From Octopus sinensis (taxonomy: Eukaryota): DNA of 51,569 nucleotides. The translations under genes and the position numbers were made by a program. Under the pieces are notes generated by a model, which had not been told where the DNA came from, did not search any database, and worked only from the letters and a program-made list of their open reading frames with translations. The stretch covers positions 1-51,569 of the forward strand of contig NW_021834190.1 in assembly GCF_006345805.1 (NCBI RefSeq). The letters run 5' to 3'. Shown here piece by piece: positions 23,795-34,898 of this stretch (positions are counted from its first letter, which is position 1; each line of letters opens with the position of its first letter).

Positions 23795-25900
23795 TCATCA
23801 TCATCTTCATTGTCATTTAACATCCGTTTTCCATGCTGGCATGAGTTGGAAAGTTTGACTGGATCTAGCAAGCCAGAAGCTGGCACCAGGCATCACTGTC
23901 TGTTTTGGCATGGCTTTTACAGCTGGATGCCTTTCCAAACACCAACCACCTTACAAAGTGGACACTGCATTTTGCAGGACACCAGCACCAGCAAGGTCTG
24001 TTTTGGCATGGTTTTTACAGCTGGATGCTCTTCCTAACACCAACCACCTTACAAAGTGGACAGTGCATTTTGCAGGACACCAGCACCAGCAAGGTCTGTT
24101 TTGGCATGGTTTTTACAGCTGGATGCTCTTCCTAACACCAACCACCTTACAAAGTGGACAGTGCATTTTGCAGGACACCAGCACCAGCAAGGTCTGTTTT
24201 GGCATGGTTTTTACAGCTGGATGCTCTTCCTAACACCACCACCTTACAAATGGACAGTGCATTTTGCAGGACACCAGCACCAGCAAGGTCTGTTTTGGCA
24301 TGACTTTTACAGCTGGATGCTCTTCCTAACACCAACCACCTTACAAAGTGGACAGTGCATTTTGCGGGACACCAGCACCAGCAAGGTCTGTTTTGGCATG
24401 GTTTTTACAGCTGGATGCTCTTCCTAACACCAACCACCTTACAAAGTGGACAGTGCATTTTGCAGGACACCAGCACCAGCAAGGTCTGTTTTGGCATGGT
24501 TTTTACAGCTGGATGCTCTTCCTAACACCAACCACCTTACAAAGTGGACAGTGCATTTTGCAGGACACCAGCACCAGCAAGGTCTGTTTTGGCATGGTTT
24601 TTACAGCTGGATGCTCTTCCTAACACCAACCACCTTACAAAGTGGACAGTGCATTTTGCAGGACACCAGCACCAGCAGGTCTGTTTTGGCATGGTTTTTA
24701 CAGCTGGATGCTCTTCCTAACACCACCACCTTACAAAGTGGACAGTGCATTTTGCAGGACAGCACCAGCAAGGTCTGTTTTGGCATGACTTTTACAGCTG
24801 GATGCTCTTCCTAACACCAACCACCTTACAAAGTGGACAGTGCATTTTGCGGGACACCAGCACCAGCAAGGTCTGTTTTGGCATGGTTTTTACAGCTGGA
24901 TGCTCTTCCTAACACCAACCACCTTACAAAGTGGACAGTGCATTTTGCAGGACACCAGCACCAGCAAGGTCTGTTTTGGCATGGTTTTTACAGCTGGATG
25001 CTCTTCCTAACACCAACCACCTTACAAAGTGGACAGTGCATTTTGCAGGACACCAGCACCAGCAAGGTCTGTTTTGGCATGGTTTTTACAGCTGGATGCT
25101 CTTCCTAACACCAACCACCTTACAAAGTGGACAGTGCATTTTGCAGGACACCAGCACCAGCAAGGTCTGTTTTGGCATGACTTTTACAGCTGGATGCTCT
25201 TCCTAACACCAACCACCTTACAAAGTGGACAGTGCATTTTGCGGGACACCAGCACCAGCAAGGTCTGTTTTGGCATGGTTTTTACAGCTGGATGCCTTTC
25301 CAAACACCAACCACTTTACAACGTGAACTGGATGCTTTTTATTTGGCACCAGATCTGCTTGAGTCATTCATTAATTCACTACACAAAGATCTTCTGAGGG
25401 GAGGGTGTATTGGAGGAGGTGGGTTTGTGTCAGGTGATGAGAGGTTATAGTGTGACAAAGGGACAGAAACTGGTATGTTGGTGTAGAGGAGATACATGGT
25501 TATCCAGTCAGAGGGAGAGACCAAGAGAGAGAAGAGAGATGAAAGATCAAGAATGAGAGAGAGACTGGAAGAGAGTGAGAGTGTGAGAGAACATGAGAGA
25601 AAAGGGTGAGAAAGAGCGAGAGTGAGAAAGGTGAGAGAGAGATAGAGAGAGAGAGTGATGATGAAGTGCCAGGGCATACCTCAAGGTACAGGGATCAAAA
25701 TACAAATGGGATGGTAGAATATTTCCAAGGGTGCATGAGCAGGAAGGATGGACTTGACTTGAATGCTGAGAGCAGGGGGAAGGGGAATATGGTGACTGGT
25801 GAAACTTGGGTATATAGAGGAGGTGAGGGACAACAGGATGGCATTGTTACAAGGGGCAGGGTAGTGAGGACAGGATTGGGGTGTGAAAGATAAGAATATA
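23795..25900 (-). mobile_element. 5'-truncated older RTE-subfamily 3' UTR (CT-rich segment, core, GAT tail) hosting a tandem array
   Basis: TCA/ATC tail at about 23795-23815 and the reverse-complement core. The purine-rich 25400-25900 segment is homologous to 40355-41030 and 42980-43500. Confidence 0.7.
23899..25320. repeat. 98-bp tandem array, 14 full units plus a partial unit
   Basis: The unit marker (G/A)TGGAC recurs at 23958, 24056, 24154, 24250, 24348, 24446, 24544, 24642, 24738, 24833, 24931, 25029, 25127 and 25225. Confidence 0.97.
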
Positions 25901-26029
25901 TTCTTGTTTATTTGCACTAGTAGATAATAACTACTGAAAAATTTGGTGATCAAAGACAGAAGATATAAGGGAGTGATGTGAAAGATATCTCTTGACAAAT
26001 TAAACATAATTTATATTTAATACATCGTT

Positions 26030-26222
26030 AGTACCCCAGACAAAATGCTTAGCAGTATTTCATTTGTCTTTACATTCAAAGTTCAGATTCTGCAAAGGTT
26101 GACTTAGTCTTTCATCCTTTCAGAGTGATAGAATAAATACCAGTTCAACATTGAGGTTAATGTAATCCAGTAGCTCCCCCCCCCAAATTTCAGGCTTTGC
26201 ACCTATAGTAGAAAGTATTATA
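26030..26222 (+). mobile_element. SINE (third family), diverged
   Basis: Homologous to 39190-39372 (TTTCAT(C/T)CTTT...AATA(A)(A/G)TACC...AAATT(T/C)CAGGCTT...CCTATAGTAGAAAG). Confidence 0.65.
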
Positions 26223-26445
26223 TTTATTACATTTTTTCCGGTTGAATTTGCCTTATTTTTTCAGTGTTTTTGTGATTTTCATGTAGATGGCTGGTATTGT
26301 GGCACACCTGACAGAATGTTAGGATTCAAAGAATTAAACAAATTTCATAATAATTTATAGCAAAGTGTTTCAGGATGTTTCTTCAAAATTTTTCAGTGTG
26401 TGATATTTAAAAATTTCATTAATTTTTTTTTTTTTAATTTTATAG

Positions 26446-26694
26446 ATCCACCTGATATTACTGCACCAGATAATGTGACATTATTTGAGAATCAAGCATC
26501 CATTATAGACTGTAATGCAAAAGGAAACCCTACCCCAGAAGTGTGGTTGGAGAATGAAAATCGAAAATTCCTTTCAAATTCAATATTAACTTTTAATCGT
26601 AAAAATATCAGTCGTGTTTTCTGCTCTGCCATTGCAAAGAGTGAAAAGAATGGAAATTTCCGAGATAGAAAGGAAATTAATATCCTGTTGAAAT
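26446..26694 (+). CDS. Ig-like domain exon 1 of a type I membrane Ig-superfamily protein
   Basis: T-rich tract plus TATAG acceptor, and AAT|GTATGT donor. 249 nt, phase 1-1. Reads xPPDITAPDNVTLFENQASIIDCNAKGNPTPEVWLE...VFCSAIA, with both Ig cysteines. Confidence 0.9.
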
Positions 26695-26959
26695 GTATGT
26701 TAAATATAAATATTTGTTCCTCCTCCTCCTCCTCCTCCTACTACTACTACTACTACTACTGTTACTACTACTACTATCACTAATATCCTCACCATCATCA
26801 AATGTCTTTTACTTCTTTGTATAAATTCTCAGATTGAGTGGCATATTGTGTCCTTGGGCAAAGCACATCACTTCACATTGCTCTAGTCTACTCAGCTGAA
26901 AATGACTACCAGCTAAGTGCTGGTGCAGCCCTCTCTCTCTTCAAGCAACACCTCCTTGA

Positions 26960-27365
26960 TGATCTACTGGGTCAAGAGTGGGTACACTGACAGGGCATTT
27001 ATGTCTCCTTGTGATTGCATAAGTGTCTAAAATCATCTTCACTTGTGGGTCATCTTCACTTGTGAGCGACACGCATGTAAAAAACACCACTTGAGCATGG
27101 TCATTGCCAGTGGCACATAAAAAGCACCATTTGAGGTGATCGATACCAGTATCGCCTGACTGGCCCTCATACTGGTGGCACATAAAAAGCACCCACTACA
27201 CTATCAGAGTGGTTGGCATTAGGAAAGGCATCCAGCTGTAGAAACCATGCCAGATCAGATTGGAACCTGGTGCAGCCTTCTGGCTTGCCACTCCTCAGTC
27301 GAACCGTCCAATGCATGCCAGCATGGAAAGTGGACGTTAAACTATGATGATGATCATCATCATTA
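26960..27365 (+). mobile_element. RTE 3' UTR module (solo, 5'-truncated)
   Basis: GTGGCACATAAAAAGCACC units and the core GAGTGGTTGGCATTAGGAAAGGCATCCAGCTGTAGAAA, ending in GAT/CAT repeats. Confidence 0.8.
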
Positions 27366-29457
27366 TCATCATTGTCTTATGCCTATTTTTCCATGCTGGC
27401 ATGAGTTAGAAGGATTTGTTCCACCTCAGCCCTTGCCACTTGTCATAGTCCATCATCATCTGATATTCCTTACATCATCTCTCTCTGGTGTATATGATTT
27501 TTTTTATGCTAGGGGGTTGTGATAGGCTTTTCAGCTGAATGCCCTTCCTATCACCAATCATTCTGCAATGGAGTTCAGTCTTTTTGATCAGTAAAGTGGT
27601 TAATTATTTAAGGAAGGAGTGTAGTCATGAAATCAATACTACTTCATCAGTTAAAAGTAAGGAAAAATAAAGTCAGCCTGTGTGGAACTGAAGAGGACAA
27701 AACTGATTAATATTAAGGTCATAGTCACTATAAAAGGTAGGTTTCACAATTTCTGGTAATATATCCTGAAAACCCACATAACCTAACTGAAACAGTATCC
27801 TAAAGACTACCTTTTCGCTTCAGAAGTAGAAAATATTTCAGCTTTTGAGCAATTACTGATTTTCTACAAAATTCAAGTAAGATCCACAAAGAATTACTGC
27901 TCCTACACCCAGGACAGATTTGCTCAGTGAAAGCCCCACTAATTGATAATGACTCAGTAACACATACCATCTTTCGCTCGTACATGTGCTTCTCTTCTCT
28001 CTGCTTCTTCTATTATTATTACTCTGATCACTGCTCCTAGCTTTAAACAACCTCCATCCAAGTTCACCCAATACATCTATCTCTCCCATTCTTCTCGTCA
28101 ATACTGTATTTCATTGACCACTATGCATAATCAAACCTTCTTAGAGTTGAACAATGTGAAATTCCCTTCCCACCTATGACTTGCCTGTAGATATTGATGT
28201 GTACAACTGAACATAGGCTGTATCAGTCTTACCAGTCTTGGAGAGTTTGTGAAAGATAATGTCTGCAAATAATTTTTGTTGACTGATCTCTAAAAAAATC
28301 ATTATTCTAACACTGACCCTGCTGTATTCACTCTATTTACTTTAAGAATTATGTTAATGACATCCATTCTGTGCAATATTGTTGTTGAGCTTCAAAAGAA
28401 CTCCCTCAGATTAAGAGCATGACCTGTAAATATGAACAAAAGAACTGAAAGATAATTTGGGTTTGTTGATCCTTGATTTTACTAAGGGATTTATTGTGAC
28501 CAAACATCACATCAGTTTCTCCAGTTTAAATGAATATGGGTGTTTGTAATTTTTCTGGTCTCTGAAGTCCATATTTTGCTCTCTACAACCACCCTACTTC
28601 AAATGGTGTATTCTGTAAACATCTACAACTGCCCAATTTCTAAATATTGATATCCTTTTTACTAGGGTTTTAAGTGGGCACATTTAATTTCTCCTGTAAT
28701 ATTTCAGTATCCTTATGCACTATTAATGGATAGACAGGTGTCAAATTTGTTTTACAGAGACCTGTTTAATTGAAATATCTCTCCCTAGGATAGAAACTTG
28801 ATAAATAAGACATTTGAACTCAAAATTTGTCAAAACACAATTCAAAACCTAAAAATTTTGATTTTATATTCAATGCCACTGAAGCATTATCTCATTTTGA
28901 ATTTGAATAGACTAATGCAGTTCACATAGAAGATGTCTCAAAGCTAATGATGTACCCAACCTAACTCATTTATTATCCTTAACTGAAGGTAGCTCACTGA
29001 ATTTTGAAATTAGAGAAGCTAAGTTTTCAATAAAACTTTTGATTACATCTCCTACCTAGAAATCATTATTTTCAGCAAAATGTTTGTTAAAAAAACTGGA
29101 AAATATGAGCTAACCTGGAAAGACAAAAATTTACTGAGCAAGGCAAACATTTTAAACCAAAACATATTTTAAGAAGAAATGAATGTCATCACAAATTGTC
29201 CTAATGACAGCAGCATCATAATCATTTCTGCTGTGAAAGGAAATGCAACTTCAATAATGTCAGAGAAGAATACACATTAATCACATCTTTAGGCATGCTT
29301 AAATTAAATGCAAAATAACTTCTTATACACATATATAATCTACAAACATATGATTACTCAAGATTCCGTCAAGATCAGTTGCCAGCTGTAGATACTCAGC
29401 ATATTCTTTTATGAGTTGTTACCCAGCAAAATTTATTTCCCTTCTTACTGATAGAAG

Positions 29458-29671
29458 TGTCCCATTTTTCATGGGTGCTGTACATTTCAATGAACTAATA
29501 AAAGAGTTTGTTTTTTTTAGTTCATTTTACAGCACCCATGAAAAATGGGACATATTGATCTAGTTTTCAAGTCATCAACTTTAATGTGATTTGCTTGCTC
29601 ACAATGATTGGTGGGGGGGGGGGCTCTTTTTTTGGTGAAGTTCTACTTTCGGAAACAAACTAGATCAATAT
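29458..29671. repeat. Two adjacent inverted repeats (25+10 bp and 15 bp arms)
   Basis: 29458-29482 and 29528-29552 are perfect reverse complements, as are 29489-29498 with 29517-29526 and 29552-29566 with 29657-29671. Confidence 0.9.
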
Positions 29672-31774
29672 TTTGAATAGTTATTGCAAAATATGTCACT
29701 AGTTAATATAACTTATAAAAATGCCTATACAAGACTATTGAACTTCCAAATAAAATGTGAGATACACTTTATATTGCCAGTAATTAAGCAATTTAAATAT
29801 CTATATTTCTGAAAATGTAGCAATAAAATGTGCATTTTGGCTCAGCTATGTTTTTGGGGAAACTCCAGTTTCTGAGTGGCCAGGGAGAGGTATTTACAGT
29901 AGGAAAATAAACATCATCCACTGGACACTACTGCAGTTTTGAGTCTCACTACTCTTATAGTGATAAGAAAAAATATTTACAATACACTCTGTTAAGGTGT
30001 TGGTAAATAAGCAGAGAAAGCATAGAGTCAGGAGATCCCTTCAGTTCTCTCTTGCTGAGGACATAACCTCGTCTTTAATGCTGGTTCCACAATAAAGTGC
30101 ACCCAATACACTCTGTAAAGTAGCTGGTAAATGAACAGAGAAAGCATAGAGTCAAGAGGTGTATTTGGTCTTCTCTAGCCAAAGATATGACAACTTCTCT
30201 CGTGGTGGTACTACACTAAAATACATTTAGTACGCTGTGTACAGGTTGGTCATAGGAAGCACATCTATCTATTGAAACATAGTCAAAACCTAGCCAAATG
30301 TGGCATAGTCTTCCAACTTGTCTATGAAAACAGCGGTCTCAGTAAGGTCCCATATGTGACTACCCTTCCTTGCCATCATGGAGAGTGGATATGAAGAAGG
30401 AGAAGGAAAAGGAGGTGATTTAAAGCATCAAGAAAATGTGTCTATCCTATTGAAGTATTTTTTCAAATATAAGCAGTCATTTGGAGACCATATTTTTCTG
30501 CAATAAATAACCTGTATTCTTCTATATGTATGCAATGAAATCCCCAATCACTGTTAGCTCCACTTTACAACAAACAGTCGCCTAGAAACATACAAAGATT
30601 CTGTATTAGTTATACAATCAAATCAATACAACAAATTTCAAAGATGTCACATTCAGACTTCAAGTTTGGATAAATCAAAGAGTTTATAATGCATTTATCA
30701 AATTTTGCAGTGTGGAAATGAAAAAACCCATAAATATCATTACAGAAGAGATGGAGAAACTTTGATTAGGGATGACAAGACAAAAGCATAATGTCTGATG
30801 TACAATTGAAAATCATAAGCATCTATGGATAAGGGCATCAAAAGTAAAGGTTCCATTCAAATCTAACCAAAAGATATACAACTGTTTATTTGGTTTTAAA
30901 CCCATAACTTTCGATAGAGGGCTCTAATTAAAAATGATAGGAAGACAAGAAAAGCAAAGCTAACTGTTTAAATTTAAACTGTTCATTTAAAAAGTTCATC
31001 TCAGTACTACATACGTATTTACTTCAATAATTTATTTTATTCAATTTATTTATATTTTGTTCTCAGAATGAAAACTACATCAACTTTAACAACATAAAAA
31101 CTTAATATTTGAATCTTTTGTCTTAGTATTTTCAGTTACTTTGGTTTCATTTGTCTGGCATCATACCACTTTCTTCCTATCATGCTATTACCATAAGTGG
31201 GTACATTTAAACACTACATTGATATTGTGATGAAGAACGGATATATCCTTTTTCCCATGATCTACTGAAGAACGCTTCTAATTCCTCTTATTGAGAGGCA
31301 TTTTTTTGTATGCTATGTGAAGAAATTTCATTGTGAAATGATTTTAATTTCTTATATCTGTATGGTTTGACAATTTTTATGAATATTATTAGTAGAAATT
31401 TCATGAATTGTTTGTTTACTCTACAACTCAGTAAACTATCTTCCTGGTGAATACAGTTATTTCTCAATGGACAATCTACCCATCCAGATACAAGTACTGC
31501 ATGGAAGTACATATCACTGTTGCAACCTCCTGTAAATCTTAAAAACCTTATAAAGATTTCATTAGCCACAGGGCCAAGCTAAAATTGTCCCAAGATTGTG
31601 GTGGTTTAGATTGCTTTCTGTATTTTACTTTGATATCCTGTATGAGAAACATGTTCAATGACAATCATAGAATCTGAATTTAAAATGTGTGTGAAACTGA
31701 AATTTTTAATTTTAATCCTATTTTCTAAATTGAAACTGTTCCTTGATTATTTTATTTTATTTTATTTTTTTAAG

Positions 31775-32023
31775 ATCCTCCTCAAGTAAACTTTAATATT
31801 TCAAAAAAGACAAATAAAATAATAATTAGTTGCACTGCATCTGGTGGAAATCCAGCAAATCATAAATATGAACTGAAGCAAAAATGGGGAAACACCACTA
31901 AGAATACTTATGATATAAAAGTATTATCTATAAATCCTTCCTTCAGTAATACTGGTACATGGGAGTGTCATGTAAGCAATGATGATTTTCTTGTGATTAA
32001 GTCATCAAACTACAAAATTCCAG
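31775..32023 (+). CDS. Ig-like domain exon 2 (GC donor)
   Basis: Polypyrimidine tract plus TAAG acceptor. 249 nt, phase 1-1. YPPQVNFNISKKTNKIIISCTASGGNPANHKYELKQKWG...NTGTWECHVSN. Donor CAG|GCAAGT. Confidence 0.88.
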
Positions 32024-32062
32024 GCAAGTATTTTACAAAGCCACAGTTATTTTTAAAACATA

Positions 32063-33357
32063 CAAGGGACGTTCAATAAGTAATGCCCCTGACCCACTTG
32101 CAGTTGTTTGATCTAGCTGAAATTTTGCATGTGCAATTATTTATATCTCTATAGATTAAGTGGCAAATTACAGCTCTGAACTAATTGTGGTTTCCTATTT
32201 ACAGGTGTTTGAACTGAGTCAAGTGTGAAATGGAGCCTGTTGCGTGTCGAGCAGTGATCACGTTTTTGTATTTGAAAGGACGCACACCACGGGAGACTTT
32301 TGATGAAATGAAAGTAACTTATGGTGATGATGCCCCATCATATGACCTTGTAAAACGCTGGTATCGTGAATTCAAACATGGTCGGAACTCTGTGGAAACA
32401 GCTCCCAGATCTGTTCGCCCCCCCTTCTGCCATTGATGAGGCATTTGTCCATCAAGTTGAGGCTGCCATTTTGGAAGATCGACGCATAACTATTTCCCAA
32501 ATAGCCCATGAGGTCAAGATTAGTACCGGGTCTGTGAAAACTATCATTCATGATCATTTGCATATGCAAAAGGTGTCTGCCAGATGGATTCCCAGGTTGC
32601 TCACGCCTTTCCAGAAGCAAGAACGCGTTGATTGCTCGAGGATGAATTTGGAGATGTGCCAAGAAGATGAGTCAAAATTTTTCAAAAGACTGATTACACA
32701 GGATGAAACCTGGGTTCATCACTATGATCCAGAGACCAAAGCCCAGTCAATGCAGTGGAATCACCGTTACTCACCTCCTCCAAAGAAGGCAAGGGTGCAG
32801 CCCTCCGCTAGCAAAGTCATACTCACAACCTTCTGGGACCAGGACGGAGTAGTGATGCCAGATTTCCTGGAAAATGGTACCACAATTACAGGAGCCTATT
32901 ATGCTTCACTTTTGAGGAAATTAAGAGAAGCTATCAAAATCAAGAGGCGGGGCAAGATCAGCAAAGGTATCCTCCTTCTGCAGGACAACGCTCTGGTCCA
33001 CAACTCGTGTGTCGCCAGATCAGAAGCACAGGCATGCGGCTATGAACTCCTCCCTAATCCCCCCTACTCTCCTGACCTTGCACCCTCTGATTTTCACCTC
33101 TTCCCAGCCATGAAGTTATTTTTGAAAGGAAAGCGTTTCCCAGATGATGCAGCCTTGATTTCTGAAGTCATGTCGTGGTTGGAGGACCAAGCTGGGGGTC
33201 TACTACAATAACGGTCTCCAGAGCTGCATCAAACAATGGGAGAAATGCATAACTCTGGGTGGTTCCTATGTAGAAAAAGACTAATAACTGTGCCAAGTTT
33301 CGTTGCTCTACTGCTATGGGAAGTGGGTCAGGGGCATTACTTATTGAACGCCCCTCG
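32063..33357 (+). mobile_element. Full-span mariner (D,D34D) transposon
   Basis: 37-bp TIRs with 2 mismatches and TA on both sides (32061-62, 33358-59). Transposase from ATG 32230 with WIPRLL, TQDETW, QDNA and PYSPDLAPSDFHLF. Apparent +1 indels in C7 (32418-32424) and G5 (33194-33198). Confidence 0.95.
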
Positions 33358-33530
33358 TATTTACAATTCAATTTTTATTTTTGGAATGGTAAAATTGTTC
33401 AGGTATTTATTTAATTTTATCCCATTAGAAGATTGTTGGACTTTGTTTCTTTTTATGTGTATCAATAAAAGTGATAATTTTAATTATAATTTTCAGGAAT
33501 TGTTTGAGATATAAATACTGAAGAATTGTA

Positions 33531-34776
33531 TTGGGTTGGCAACTAAGTTCCTACGGTTTTTTTAAATTAAAATTTTTTAACAGGTTTAATGAAAAATAAC
33601 AACTAATTAATCAATAATGCATTCACCCTTGTTATTTATTACTTCTTCCCAATGTTCAACAAGATTTTCAATACCTCGTTGGTAGAAATCACCCGATTTC
33701 GGCTCAAAAAATTGATTCAAGCTCTCAATTCTGCATCATTATTGAACGAAAATCCACACATAGCACTTGAAAGAGATAGAAAGAGGTGGAAATCCATTGG
33801 TGCCAAATTAGGAGAGTATGGTGGGTGTAGCAGCACTTCTCAGCCATGCGTTTGAATGACTTCCTTGGCCATTTTGGCGATATGAGGGTGGGTGTTGTCA
33901 TGCAGCAGAAGAGCTTTATGCAGCCGATTAGGTCTTTTCTCTTGAATAGCCATGTTGAGTTGTTCCCTCTGTTGAACATAGAGTTCAACATTGACCGTTT
34001 GGTTCTGTTCAAGCAATTCGTAATGGATAATTCCTTCCCAGTCCCACCATACGCACAACATCGTTTTACGCTGATGAAGATCTTGTTTTACACGCAGTGT
34101 CCCTTATTTACCGGGGCTAAGCCATTCCTTACGCTGTTTCATATTGATGTACAGGCACCATTTTTCATCACCAGTAACAATTCAGTAAAGAAATCGTTGC
34201 TTGTGTCTTTGAGTTGAGTGGTGATGAGCAAGGAAACCAGTGGAGATTGTGGCTTGTTAATTTTTGTTGTTGTCACTTAGAACATGGAAAACCCATGCCC
34301 CATACTTCTGAACCTTTCCCATTGAGTGAAGATGCTTTTCTATGGCAGTGTGGGAGCATTCCATTTTCTCTGCCAGTTCCCTTGTCATTTGATGAGAAAT
34401 TTTGTGCAAAAGTTGGTTTAATTGCTCTTCATTGAACTCAACTGGACGACCAGAACAAGGTGCGTCCTCGAGGTCAAAATTTCCATTTTTGAACTCCACA
34501 TACCTATCACGAGTGGCTTTTTCAGCTATGGTACCCTCTCCATACACAGCACAAATGTCACGAGCAGCTTTTTCGGCCTTAGAACCTTGATTAAAAGCAA
34601 AATGAAGGCGGTATCGGAAATGCTCGTTTCTCTTAACTTGACATTCCATTTTAATGATCTGAAAATAAACAAAAATTAACTAAGATTAACTAGAAACAAA
34701 AAAATAGATTCCAAAATTTAAAAATGCAATAAATTCCAAAATTTAAAAAACGGCAGAAACTTAGTTGTCAACTCAG
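33531..34776 (-). mobile_element. Second, older mariner transposon (different family)
   Basis: Degenerate TIRs (TTGGGTTGGCAACTAAGTT and AACTTAGTTGTCAACTCAG). Minus-strand transposase from 34649 with WVFHVL, IVTGDEKW, LHDNTHPH and PYSPNLAPMDFHLF. Several disruptions. Confidence 0.9.
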
Positions 34777-34898
34777 TTGTTTTAATAAAGTGATTGTCAT
34801 CAATATTTCCAGAAAAGAACTGAAAGTGTTTTTTCACATTAATTGGAAGCATATGAATTAAATTATAGACCAAGAGCATAAAATATTTGTTGTTAGGG

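Noticed and set aside
23899-25320. Regular repeat array as a CRISPR or as a repeat-protein gene (many overlapping ORFs)
   Set aside because: The units are contiguous and near-identical with no unique spacers, and there are no cas genes. The 98-bp period is not a multiple of 3, so the ORFs are by-products.
23899-25320. Retrozyme (ribozyme-containing tandem monomers)
   Set aside because: I found no CTGANGA/GAAA hammerhead core or twister core on either strand of the unit.
1-26400. Upstream (signal peptide or V-set) exons of the Ig gene
   Set aside because: Candidate AG sites checked (about 15700, 23640 and 26265) hit stops quickly. None is supported, so these exons are probably outside the window or too short to see.
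26695-26783. Poly-Ser/poly-Tyr extension of ORF 26400-26783
   Set aside because: It lies after the GT donor and is a (TCC)n(TAC)n intronic microsatellite.
27800-28760. Possible hAT-like transposase remnant on the minus strand (TDVMFG...FVH..GHALNL)
   Set aside because: Only two short degenerate motifs across frameshifts and many stops. It needs a profile search.
31225-31270. C/D-box snoRNA (GTGATGA...CTGA)
   Set aside because: The boxes are only about 40 nt apart and there is no terminal stem.
31288-31569. 93-aa minus-strand ORF
   Set aside because: No recognisable motif and no convincing splice signals, so probably chance or decayed TE.
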